The notes beneath the pieces are model-generated. The model had not been told where the DNA came from. It saw only the letters and a list, made by a program, of their open reading frames with translations, and ran no database searches. Below are positions 12,360 through 23,497 of a stretch of 64,000 bases of DNA, one piece after another. The DNA lies in contig CM035354.1 in the NCBI GenBank assembly GCA_020137815.1, positions 496,001 to 560,000 on the forward strand. Reading direction: 5' to 3'. The translations under genes and the position numbers were made by a program. How positions within the stretch are numbered: the stretch's first letter is position 1; the number at the start of each line of letters is the position of its first letter. This DNA is from Hormiphora californensis (lineage: Eukaryota; Animalia; Ctenophora).

Positions 12360-13979
12360 AGTATAGTGACCTAGTATGTATCCAGGGTTATTCGGGTAGT
12401 ATCGCGATCTTATCCTGTCAGAGCATTGGCCTGGCAGACCTTATCCCACAGTGTGTGAAGCTGCATCTTCGTAGCTCTTACTCCTGCAGCTGTGAGTGAA
12501 ATGTCTCTGTTTCTTCATATCCCTGGCATGCACAATGCCACGAATCATGATCTTTTGCTTCAATGTTCATTGAGCAAGCTGTCTAGGCAATGTTAATCCA
12601 ATGCTATATCGCTGCTCACCATCTTTCTCTTCAACAAATCCTTCAAATGTTGTTGTTCATTCCAGCCAAATAAAGTGTGTGTGTCACTGTGTGTGTGTGG
12701 TATAATAATTGTAGGACACTGAATGTGAGAGTCTCAGAGAGATAGAGATCATATTTATCTATCTCTCTCTCTCTTTCTCATCTATAGTTGAGAGAGACAC
12801 ACAGAGAGAAAGATTGATATAATATAGAGAGAGACAGAGAGAAAGATAGATATATAGAGAGAGAGAAAACATTGATTGTATCAGACACTAGACAGTGGTA
12901 TCAACTTGTTTGCGGTAGCTATGATAACAGCGACCTAAGCTATTAGCTAATGATAAATCTCCTAGATAATACTATTATTACAAAACACATGGTAGATAGA
13001 TTTTAGACTGAGGTATCAACTCTACTTACAGAGAGAGAGAGAGAGATACGGAGAAAGAGAGAGAGAGAGAGATGAAGAGAGAGATAGAGGGAGACTCCCG
13101 GAGAGAGAGCAGCAGTAAATGTTGGGAGATTGAAAGCAGATTCAGAGAGAACGAGAGTGACAGAGAGTGTGTGGGTGTGTCTAATTAATTAACTGATCTA
13201 GTGATCTGTTTCAACATTCTTTACAAACATTCTAAGCTGGGAGTTGCAACAGCTGGTACTTCTTGTCATCAGTGTCAGCAACTGTCCGCCTCCTTTGCCC
13301 AATCGGGACTTGTGCTTCAGTTCATTATTCTATTGTTTTGTTCAAAGTAGTCCGTGGCACAGGGAAACAGGGTCGAGTTTGTCATTCTACTGATTTGATA
13401 TTTGTCTTATTTTATAATTTGGTTAGTAGAACGATGTCAGAGCAATGAGAGCATTGGCCTGGAATGCGCTGCAGCCTCTTCATAGAGGGGCCACAGGGTA
13501 TGCCAGAGAATTGACCTGACCTTATTCGCATTTCTTTTAATTATAAGATGTTCTGCGCGAGACCCGCATTCAAAGCCTGACAGGTAGAACGTATCTTGGA
13601 AAGTACCTGACACAATGATCATGACAATTACACTTATTCTTCTTTTATCTTAGTTTCGGTAATCAGAAATCAAAAATCAGAAATGCTTTGATTGGTTATT
13701 CAAATAATATAATATCTTTCCGTTATATCGCGAGTGTGTTCGTGTATAAAGAAAGAATTTCATGGCTTTTAGCATATTATATTGTTCCGATACCTTACAT
13801 CAGCAAAAATAAGGGATAAGGAGATGGGAGTGAGAGATCTCTCGAGGCGCTAGCATAGAGAGAGAGAGAGAAGAGAGCAGAGAGCCGAGAGAGAGAGAGA
13901 ACGATCGAAGAGGACTGCGATATCTCTATCTCTCGCGCTAATCTATCTCTCTCTATCTCTCTCTCTCTCTTCTCTCTCC

Positions 13980-14039
<60 letters not shown>

Positions 14040-14305
14040 CTTAAACACAATCCGTCCATCGGACCTCGTGGTTCTCTTCTCAAGCGATTTTTTTTTTGCC
14101 CGATGGGGTTCTCCACGGGGGCAGGTTGGTTCTCTCTCTATGGGGAAGGGAGGGTGGTCCAGTTCCACTTTCATCCTTCTGTAGTAGTCATCAGTGTGAT
14201 GAGCTGCAAGGTGTTGTGACACACACGATCATAGAGAGATAGAGAGAAAGGCCCCAGAGAGAGAGAGAGAGCGAGAGAGAGAGAGGAGAGGAGAGAGAGA
14301 AAGGA

Positions 14306-14340
<35 letters not shown>

Positions 14341-14399
14341 GAGATAGAGAAGAGAGAGAGAGAGGAGGACGAGAGAGGAGAGGAGAGAGAGAGAGAGAG

Positions 14400-15920
14400 C
14401 ACGGTGCACCTAAGGACGTTCCACCGCGACCGAGTCCCCAGCAAAAGAACGGTTGATGGACCTAAAGGGGACCCGGGGAACACGGAGACCGGGGGGAAAA
14501 GATAAAAGTAGCCTAAAAAATTAAAACGATACAACGATAGCTATCGTTTTTTTCACTTTGAAAATACGACATTTCTTTAACAAAATCCTTGATCAGGAAG
14601 ATGCAAGTGTCTCCCACTTATTTTTTGACGTAGAATCGAATGCCGTTGAAGTAAAATCTCTAAAATGTTAGAAAAATGGTGAAAATCGCGTTTTTAGGTG
14701 TTTTTTTGGTGAAAAAAGCGTTCAAACTGGTACTAGATGATGAGATAGAGTCCCAAAAGTATGACAAATCGCTTTTTTGGGACCTTTTCGCCCTAGAAGC
14801 AGATTTTTATGAAAATCAGGTTCAGCGCCTATTCTCTGTATACTTTCAAACAGTGGTCCTCCGACATATTCCGACGTGAAATTCGACCTAGATCTCGACC
14901 TGGAAGGTGAATATTGCTCTAATTTAGCCAATTTTGAAGAAAAGTTATCCAAAACAGTACTAGATGATGAGATAGTGGCCCAAAAATATAACTAATCGAT
15001 TTTTTGGGTCTTTTCCGTCCTAGAAACAAATTTGCATGGCGGTCGGATGATACGGATCCTCTCGGTAGGCCTCTGAAGTAGGTGGAAATAGCCAAAATAT
15101 AGCGATTGCGGCAAATGAATGTGAATAAACGTTTACCAAACCCACTTTAGCATCATGTATGACCTATCTCTGGGCTACTGGACTATGCAAGAGCATACAT
15201 GATGCTAAAGTGGTTTGGTTGGTAAACGTTTATTCACATTCATTTGCCGCAATCGCTATATTTGGCTATTTCCACCTACTTTCAGAGGCCTACCCGAGAG
15301 GATCCCGTATCATCCGACCGCCATGCAAATTTGTTTTCTAGGACGGAAAAGACCCAAAAAATCGATAATAGTTATATTTTTGGGCCACTATCTCATCATC
15401 TAGTACTGTTTTGGATAAATTTTCTTCAAATTGGCTAAATTAGAGCAATATTCACCTTCTTTTGAAAGTATACAGAGAATAGGCGCGAACCTGGATTTTC
15501 ATAAAAATCTGCTTCTAGGGCGAAAAGGTCCCAAAAAGCGATTGTCATACTTTTGGGACTCTATCTCATCATTAGTACCAGTTTTTGACGCTTTTTTCAC
15601 CAAAAAAAACACCTAAAACGCGGATTTTTCACCATTTTTTCTAACATTTTTAGAGATTTTTACTTCAACGGCATCGATTCTACGTCAAAAAATAAGTGGG
15701 AGACACTTGCATCTTCCGATCAAGGATTTTGTTAAAGAAATGTCGTATTTTCAAAGTGAAAAAACGATAGCTATCTTTCTATCGTTTTAATTTTTTAGGC
15801 TACTTTTAAATCTTTTCCCCCACGGTCCTCCGTAGTTCCCAGAGGTCCCCTTTAGGTCACACAACCGTTCGTTTTGCTGGGGGACTCAGTCGAGGTGGAA
15901 CGTCCTTAAGGGGCACCGTG
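14400..15920. mobile_element. 1.5-kb foldback (almost wholly palindromic) non-autonomous DNA transposon with CACGGTG termini, CMC/Chapaev-like, inserted in a (GA)n tract
   Basis: Starts CACGGTGCACCTAAGGACGTTCCACC and ends GGTGGAACGTCCTTAAGGGGCACCGTG. The ~750-bp arms are inverted about a centre near 15175. AGAG on both flanks is compatible with a 4-bp TSD, but this is ambiguous inside a microsatellite. Confidence 0.85.
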
Positions 15921-16245
15921 AGAGAGAGAAAGTGAGGGTAGGAGCTGTTGAAAGAACAGATTGAAGGAATTCTCCAGATGGATTTTTAATTAGAATGTCA
16001 GCTGGTATCACGGCATGTTCTTCTCGTTTTTAGCTTTGTCTAGTTTATGCTGTTAGAGCTCAACTAACTAGAATTTAAACAGCAATAAACTCCCACGAAG
16101 ATGTCACTTTTCAGACCTCCCGCTTACTTTACCTACTTTAACTTTAGAAGTTTTAGATTACTTCTCCAAAGATTAGTCTCGTGTCACATTTCGTCAAACT
16201 CAGCTAGGATTTAGTCTCCTGCTTTCTCTCGGCTCAATCTCCAAT

Positions 16246-16313
<68 letters not shown>

Positions 16314-16358
16314 CTCTATCTTTCTCTCTCTATCTCTATCTATCCACTCTCGCTCTAG

Positions 16359-16418
<60 letters not shown>

Positions 16419-16601
16419 TATCTCTCTCTTTCTCTCTCTCTCTCTTACCAAATGTGGGTAGTCAACCTGTCAACACGTAGATTCGCGGTGCACTGTGCTA
16501 TATAATATCTACAAGTTTGGTTTCTCCCTCTATCTCACTCCCCCTTAGCATCCCTCTCTATCATCATCCTCCTCTCTTACACAGAATACATTTATCTCAT
16601 C

Positions 16602-16688
16602 ATACTGGTCCCTGATTGGCTGATAACCAGTCACGTGACCTAAATAACGAGCTCTGATTGGTTGTTTACTTATTTCGGTCGGTTCCTG
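16602..16688. repeat. Short interspersed element (CCAAT/E-box-rich; translates as 'QEPTEISKQPIRARYLGHVTGYQPIRDQY'), truncated at one end
   Basis: I recognise this spurious peptide from Pleurobrachia gene models (memory, not searched). It is flanked by a 21-bp direct repeat CTTACACAGAATACATTTATC at 16576 and 16696. Confidence 0.55.
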
Positions 16689-17053
16689 TCTCTCGCTTAC
16701 ACAGAATACATTTATCATTCTCATCTCGCGATACATATTTTGTGAGGATCACGGTTGATGATGACGCATTTCTTTTGCGTATGCTGAATGGTTATACACC
16801 CCCTCCACCCCATATCCTATATATGAGTAAACTACAAAACTAAGCAATCTAGTTGCATTTCTCCGGCATCTCTTTCCCTTTCAATCTCCCTCTCTCTCTC
16901 ACTCTCTTTTTCTCTCTCTCCTTTTCTGTTTCTCTATCTCACATACACACATACGCACACTCCCTCACACGCAAGATCTTTACGGCATCGCGGGTACTCG
17001 GATATATATTTTCTCATTTACATCTCTCTGATCGCACCCTCCTCCTCAAACAG

Positions 17054-17178
<125 letters not shown>

Positions 17179-17604
17179 TTCATTAGCCCATTTTCGTCAG
17201 GATGGATGATGGTGTGGTTCTTTCAATTTTCATTTGCGTCTCTCATCTCTCATTGCCCCTCCATCCCTCTTTAACTTGTCATATTCCCTTAAACGGAAAA
17301 TGCCGTTTTTTCTCCCTCCCTTAGTGTTGTTTAATGTTTCATTAGTTTTGCGAAAAGGTTTTAATCCATTATTTCTTCTACAGCTTTGTTCTAACTTTTG
17401 CCGGTATGCCCCTTGCCTTCATTATATATTTTGTATTGACAATTATAAATTGTACGAGAGTCGAGAACCTCTAACCATTATAATATAATATTTTAATATT
17501 TCCTCTGCCATACTATGCCTCCCATCTCTCTTTAGTTAATACTTAATCATCCTTCTAATTTCTTTCTCTGTTTCTTTCTCTGTTTCCTTTTTCGTGGTTT
17601 CGTG

Positions 17605-17649
17605 GAATCGCAAACTTTCATCAACTACAACGTAAAACTATTTATTGAG
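17605..17649 (+). other. Spliced-leader-like 45-mer directly fused to G-ATG upstream of the TNFAIP8-like exons
   Basis: GAATCGCAAACTTTCATCAACTACAACGTAAAACTATTTATTGAG resembles the ctenophore SL as I remember it (GAGTTTCAAACTTTTCAACACTAC...AATTTGAG). It is not followed by a GT donor. Confidence 0.45.
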
Positions 17650-17819
17650 GATGACCGTGAACTGTATGAGTCGAGTGCTGTAAATACACATATTTTGGGT
17701 GACAAGTCCCATGTTCACAGTAAACAGTTGTAGTACATGTTAAATAACTATAATCAGCAATTGGTTATCCTCATTAGAAATTTGCGTCGACGTTTATTGA
17801 TTTTGTTTCACTTTTTCTA

Positions 17820-18216
17820 CCCGCACATTGTCCCCTATTTGACACAACATCTCTCCTTCTAGCCGCACATTGTCCCCTAATTTGACACACAACAAATCTC
17901 TCCATTTAGCCGCACGTTTGACACACAACATCTCTCCTTCTAGCCGCACATTGTCCCCTATTTGACACAACATCTCCTTCTAGCTGCACATTTGACACAA
18001 CACATCTCTCCTTCTAGCCGCACATTGCCCCCTAATTTGGCACACAACATCTCTCCTTCTAGCCGCACATTGTCCCCTAATTTAACACAACACATCTCTC
18101 CTTCTAGCCGCACATTGTCCCCTAATTTAACACAACACATCTCTCCTTCTAGCCGCACATTGTCCCCTAATTTAACACACAAACATCTCTCCTTCTAGCC
18201 GCACACATTGTCCCCT
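17820..18216 (+). repeat. 45-bp tandem repeat (about 9 copies) straddling a 3' splice site
   Basis: Unit CCGCACATTGTCCCCTAATTTAACACAACACATCTCTCCTTCTAG. The last copy runs into the exon starting at 18199. Confidence 0.92.
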
Positions 18217-18883
18217 CTCTCTGGTGAGAGCTGGCTGCTATCTCGTTGGTGTCATCTTGTTGAGCTGTGGCGCTTGTAACTGACATCCACTCTGATACGG
18301 TCAGCCTTGGCAGTATCAGTAGTGATGATGAGGATGTTCACGGGGGAGGGATGGGGGGGCGGGGGGGGCTAGATCAGGTGATCAGGACTGGTTTTTGGAT
18401 AACAGAAACATCCCTGACATTCGGGGCTAGAAGAAAGGTAGTTGGATGGTTTGTTTAGGACTGAGTTCTAGGGTGTACTTACAGTCATTTGAGGGTTTAA
18501 AAGGAGAAGAGTTAGGAATGGGAAGAGAAATGGAGGTTTCTGGTCTTTCAGCAGATTCAGTAAGACGTTTAACAAAACGTTAATTGGGATGATAGACGAG
18601 GACACGGGAATTATCCTCAATGCGCTTTATCAAGTAGGAAGGAGACAAAACCTTTGGACAAGAAAAAGGTATAATGGAAGCATGAAAACGTCACCACACT
18701 CCAAAAAAGGTTATAGACAAAGGAAGGATAGAGACTAGGGAATTGGGAAGGGTGGGCCTGCAAGAAGGGGAAGTGACTTAATGAGTTGAGACATTCTCCC
18801 CCATTGAGAGCGCGAGGAGAGAGAGGAGCAAAATTCTCTCTGAATCTCTCTTTTTCTCTCTCTCCTCTCTCTCTCTCTCTCTC

Positions 18884-18964
<81 letters not shown>

Positions 18965-20840
18965 GAAATATACTGATATACCGTAAAGATCTCCTACTTT
19001 TTAATCTGATCACATCATAAATGAATTCATAATATATTTAACGTGCAATAGATTAGAGGGATCGATCAGTGCTGACTGTTTTCACCTCACCGATTGGTCT
19101 CTTGACAACTCTCATATCATCCCCCTGTCAACACGTCATATTTTTCAGACAATAAAATATCTGATAAAGTTCCTGGTGAAGATTGGTGTGCTGTTTAAAA
19201 ACAACGCCTTCAATGATTCGGAGATGCTTATTTTTACTAAACTGAAAAACAAATACAAAACCATGGTCCTCACCGTTATAAGGTAGGAGATATATATTGA
19301 GATATTGAGAAAATATATCATATATTGAGTGACTTTTTGTTAGAATTATTGTTAGAATTATTGTTTTTCAAGTTCATTTTTTTGTGGCAAACTACCTATA
19401 TTCTATAACTTAAAACCGTTTAGAAAGATCATCCTTGTGGAATCCAGCCATATATGGTAGTGATTTGAGCATACTACTAGTGTATTAGTGATGAACATAC
19501 CTTACTCTCTCGTTAATTAACCTCCCTATATTTCAAGAAACGAATACGAATCTTTATTTCTTAGAAACCACGAGAGCAAGCAATCCAAATACCAAGAAAC
19601 TTTCTCGTTTGTTAAGAAACTAAACAAGTTAAAGAGAGGCATTTCCTCTCTCCATTAAACATTTTAAACACCTCTTAACTCCTCTGACAACTCCAAACCC
19701 CTCTAACCTCCTATAAACTCCTCTAGTACCTCCTCCCCGAAATTGAGTCACCTGTTTCACACGGTTGCGTGTGAACAAATGGCCCCGGGGCGCTTACCAG
19801 CGCTGTGATAAAGTATAAACAATTCAACCCCTTAATAACTCCCCACCTCTTCCAGTTTTTACGAAGTCAAGTACACGTACGACCAAAAGATTCTCTCCAA
19901 GTATGTGGTGTCTGTGTTCGACCTCCTACGCCAACTTCTCCGCCGCCACATGTCCCCAAAGGTAAGCTGCACAGCAGGAAACGACCGAACGTGAACCGGG
20001 TTTTTTCCACCGAACCGAACCGAACCGAATTTGAAAAACGTTTTTACCGAACCGAACCGAATGACACATGTCACATATATCACCTTATCGGAGCTATGAC
20101 TCGTCCCCGGGCCTCATTATTTTTGGACCACTCTGTATCCATGTGCAGTGTTGGTAACGAAGTTACCCCTCTGTCTACATAGGGCATTGCGATAGTAAGG
20201 CACGTTTTAGCGTGCCCGCAATGTAGGGGGAACTGCGTTACCAATGTGCAGTGCTGGTCCTATTCCGTGCAAAGTGTACCCGATTGAGTTGGGTGTTTGT
20301 TTGGGACGCACTAAGATTTGGGGAGGGGAGAGAGACCGAAATAGTAATGAGTTTTGGGGGAGGGAGACAGAGAGACAGAGAGACTAAAATATTTCGGGGG
20401 AGGGGAGGGAGACCGAAATAGCTGTTCGTCCCACGAAGTTTGACACAGTTTAACATTTAGTGCATAAATTAGTCACAAAGTCTCTCACATTTTCGATTAT
20501 CTTACAATGCCCCCCCCCCCCCCTATTTATTTATATTGAACAGGCTTGTCTTGCTCGATCCTGTCACACCAAGCTACGGCCTACGGGCGTGGTTGAAATA
20601 TACACCTTGTCCTAAATATACAAAGAGGCTCTTTGAAAGAGCTCAATATTATACCTCTTTGTGTAACCTCTATCTATCCCCCTTCAGAACATTGAACGGG
20701 TAGAGTTAGTCCAGACGACATTGAGTGATGGAGACCTCCTCGACAGTATATTCGACTACGAAAATGTTACCCCAATAACCCAGCACCTACCGATTATATG
20801 CGACCGGGTAAGGAGTTTAATTGATGACGATAAACTGTGA
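18199..20840 (+). CDS. TNFAIP8: TNFAIP8/TIPE family protein (exons ~18199-18377, 18485-18668, 19149-19282, 19856-19961, 20688-20840; first exon probably near 17651)
   Basis: Spliced translation ...MIDEDTGIILNALYQV...|TIKYLIKFLVKIGVLFKNNAFNDSEM...MVLTVIS|FYEVKYTYDQKILS...LRQLLRRHMSPK|NIERV...LSDGDLLDSIF...HLPIICDRVRSLIDDDKL* matches TIPE hallmarks (IKNLIK..IK...L.RNN.F; TVVSF..V.YTFD; RHLT.KS; HL..IC..I...LD...L). The two 5' exons contain apparent 1-bp indels. Confidence 0.88.
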
Positions 20841-21879
20841 AGAAAAAGAGACACAATAGTAAGGGGCTTTAACAAGCTGAGTTATCCCCTAATACTACAA
20901 GTTGTGATATTGATATATAGTCCCAGGACACAGATCCATGCAGGTTGAATGCGCTGTTATTGAGAGTGAGAGAGATCTGGTTTTGGACGAATTGTTCCAA
21001 AGTAATGTTCTTATCAGTAGGTAGAGCCGTGTGATGTTATTTTCTATGGCAATTTGTGCGGTTTGTTCCTGCATATAATCGTTAGTCCGTGGCCTGTTGT
21101 AGGACCTGTTGTGAGCGTGAAAATTAACAAATAAGAGCAGGATAAGAGCGGGACCGATACAATAATTATAGGTCACGTGATTTTCAATGTGGGACAGATT
21201 GACAATGTGGGACAGATTGACAGGTCATTAGTGGCGCGCGCTTCGACCCCCTTGTGAAACAAGGACCACATTGTCAGATGAATTTCCGTCTTTTTTGAAA
21301 GGGCGTGGGAAGATTTGAAATGTGGGAAAACTCAAAACAACAATCCCGTGATCAGTTGTGTGCTGTCAGAGCATTGGCCTGACAGGTTGTGTGGCTCACA
21401 CTCTACTATCCGTCAATTTATGGTTGAAGGTTGATCGGTAGATGAAGTCATCAGCTATGACAATTTTCCGACACCGTTTTTACTAGCAACAATATTTCAT
21501 TGCGTCAACAATGGCTCTGATTTCACTTGCAGGCCACACCCACAATTGGTAGTATATTGAATTCTTGCCCTGACCTCACATGACTTGTTGAGTACCCCTC
21601 AACAACACATGACAATTGGACAAATACCAAAATTGGTAAACTGTGATGTTGTGACGTTGTGAGATAAGAGCTATAAGAGAGAGCTAGATAAAAGGAGAAC
21701 ACATGGAGGAGAACACATGGGTTTTGTCATCTGACTGTGTGCGTCACTATTATATCAGCGAGCTGTTTTGTAGAGCATGTTTGTGAGTGGGTGTGTCTGT
21801 GAGTGAGTGAGTGAGAGAGTGTGAGTTAGAGAGAGAGAGTTACTTTTGTTACTTTTGAGAGCTTCGTAGAATCCTAGTA

Positions 21880-22236
21880 GCTGCCATCCCTTTATCAGGA
21901 CCACCGGAAACCGCCCAATCGAGTAGTGAGTTACAGTTCTCGACACCACCTGGCTGGTCATGTATGGTGTCGAGATAACGCTGTAGTGACATTTTAGAGG
22001 CCGAGAGTTGCCGGGAGGGTGTTCCAGTCCAGGCGAGGTGCTCTCACTGCGAAGCTATTTTCAAAGAGAGATTTCGCTCGCCCACCTCTGTTGTCCGGAA
22101 TGGCAGGAACAAGGGCCCTGATCCCGAGTCTGCAAGGGGGCCTAAAAGTGATGCCCAGGTTGTTGGGGACTAGACCGTGTAGGGTTTTCCAAATAAGGAA
22201 GGTGGAGCAGTGTTCACGACGTCTCTGTCAGTAGAG
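21880..22236 (-). mobile_element. 3' fragment of a CR1/L2-group LINE ORF2
   Basis: The minus strand translates QRRREHCSTFLIWKTLHGLVPNN...FENSFAVRAPRL-WNTLP...LQRYLDTIHDQP...NSLLDW, typical post-RT C-terminal motifs. Confidence 0.75.
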
Positions 22237-22561
22237 AGGGTGAGAGAGAGTGTGTGAGTGTGAGTATGTGTGTGTTTGTGTGAGTGTACCGTTTTCTACT
22301 TGCATTACGTTGTTTTACGGAGTAGCAATATTTCCCGCTAATTTGACACTGTATTACAACTTCTATTCATTATTCAGTCAACTGACGCAATACGTTGGAG
22401 ACGATATTTAAACGGCTGTTTTTTGTTTGTACTAACATGGGTAACAATGAAAATAACAAATAATCAAACCTAATAGAACACTGCAGTCACACTGTCCCTC
22501 CTGGTCCTACTAATTGCTAAACGTACTGTCCCTATTTCTAATTGCTAAACGCGTTCCAACG

Positions 22562-23098
22562 TTATACTACCATGTCACCCTCCAGTCTCTCCCTGACAAT
22601 AAGAATGTGTGCCCTAGATGCCCAGAAAGTTATCTCCGACAGCAGACTTTGTATCACTCCCTCCACCACAGTGCTCCCTCCCTCACTGGTACAGGTGATG
22701 TGGGTCGAGTAGTCTGGCGTGACATTCCCACAAACCAACACGTGGTGGATTATCTCGGGGAGGCTGGTAGATCGTGCTCCTCTAGTTCTACCATGCAACA
22801 CCCGTCTCCTAATAGTTGCCAGTGGTCCTCGTCTCGGCACCCCATCCTTTAGAGTCACCTTCAGGGAGTCAGCCAGGTGTGCTAGTCTCTGTAGAGTGGC
22901 GGTTAGGTCAGGATCAGAAGCAATGGGTTCGTGGCAGTGCGTTGCTGGGATGTCCGGCCCTGTCACCTCCAGGAATAGTTTGCTAAGAGCTAGATTTTCT
23001 TGAATCACCCGTCTCATTTCAGCTTGTAGATCGGTGTTAGGACATCTGGTATGTGCTGTGGTTATACTTACTACGAAAAGACACAGAGAAAAGAACAT
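22562..23098 (-). CDS. Intronless secreted protein, 178 aa, putative long-chain four-helix-bundle (CNTF/OSM/LIF-like) cytokine
   Basis: Uninterrupted ORF with a signal-peptide-like start (MFFSLCLFVVSITTA), four predicted helices, 4 mature Cys and an N-glycosylation sequon (NVT). The CDS call is firmer than the family call. Confidence 0.7.
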   Translation of the reverse strand: MFFSLCLFVVSITTAHTRCPNTDLQAEMRRVIQENLALSKLFLEVTGPDIPATHCHEPIASDPDLTATLQRLAHLADSLKVTLKDGVPRRGPLATIRRRVLHGRTRGARSTSLPEIIHHVLVCGNVTPDYSTHITCTSEGGSTVVEGVIQSLLSEITFWASRAHILIVRERLEGDMVV

Positions 23099-23497
23099 TT
23101 CAAAACCAACCGAAAGTAATTTTGAATCGGATATCCGATGTTTTAAAGCTCTGCCCACCAGCATGAGATTGCAATTGGGCCCAAATTGGGCTGTGAGTAA
23201 CTTTTGCTGGAAAGTTTTCGTAATAAAAGGTGTGGTTTACGTTCCGAGATTCTACTGTTAGTTAGAAAATTACTCCAATTCCTGCAGTTGCAGTCAATGT
23301 GGCGACATGGTGTCATGTTTTTGAAACTTGACACACTACTCAAAATTGTATTTCACGTAAGGCGCGAAGATTCAAACAATTATTTACCTTTATGCGCGCA
23401 CAACTTTTGATCGCGCGGCGCTGTGTTTTATTTTGGGTCGGGGCCCTGTAACTTTTTCATCTCAGCTCTGAAAGTTTTTTACAGAACGCCTTTTTAA

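Noticed and set aside
22514-23003. Plus-strand ORFs overlapping the cytokine-like gene
   Set aside because: Shorter, with non-ATG starts and no recognisable features; antisense shadows of the minus-strand CDS.
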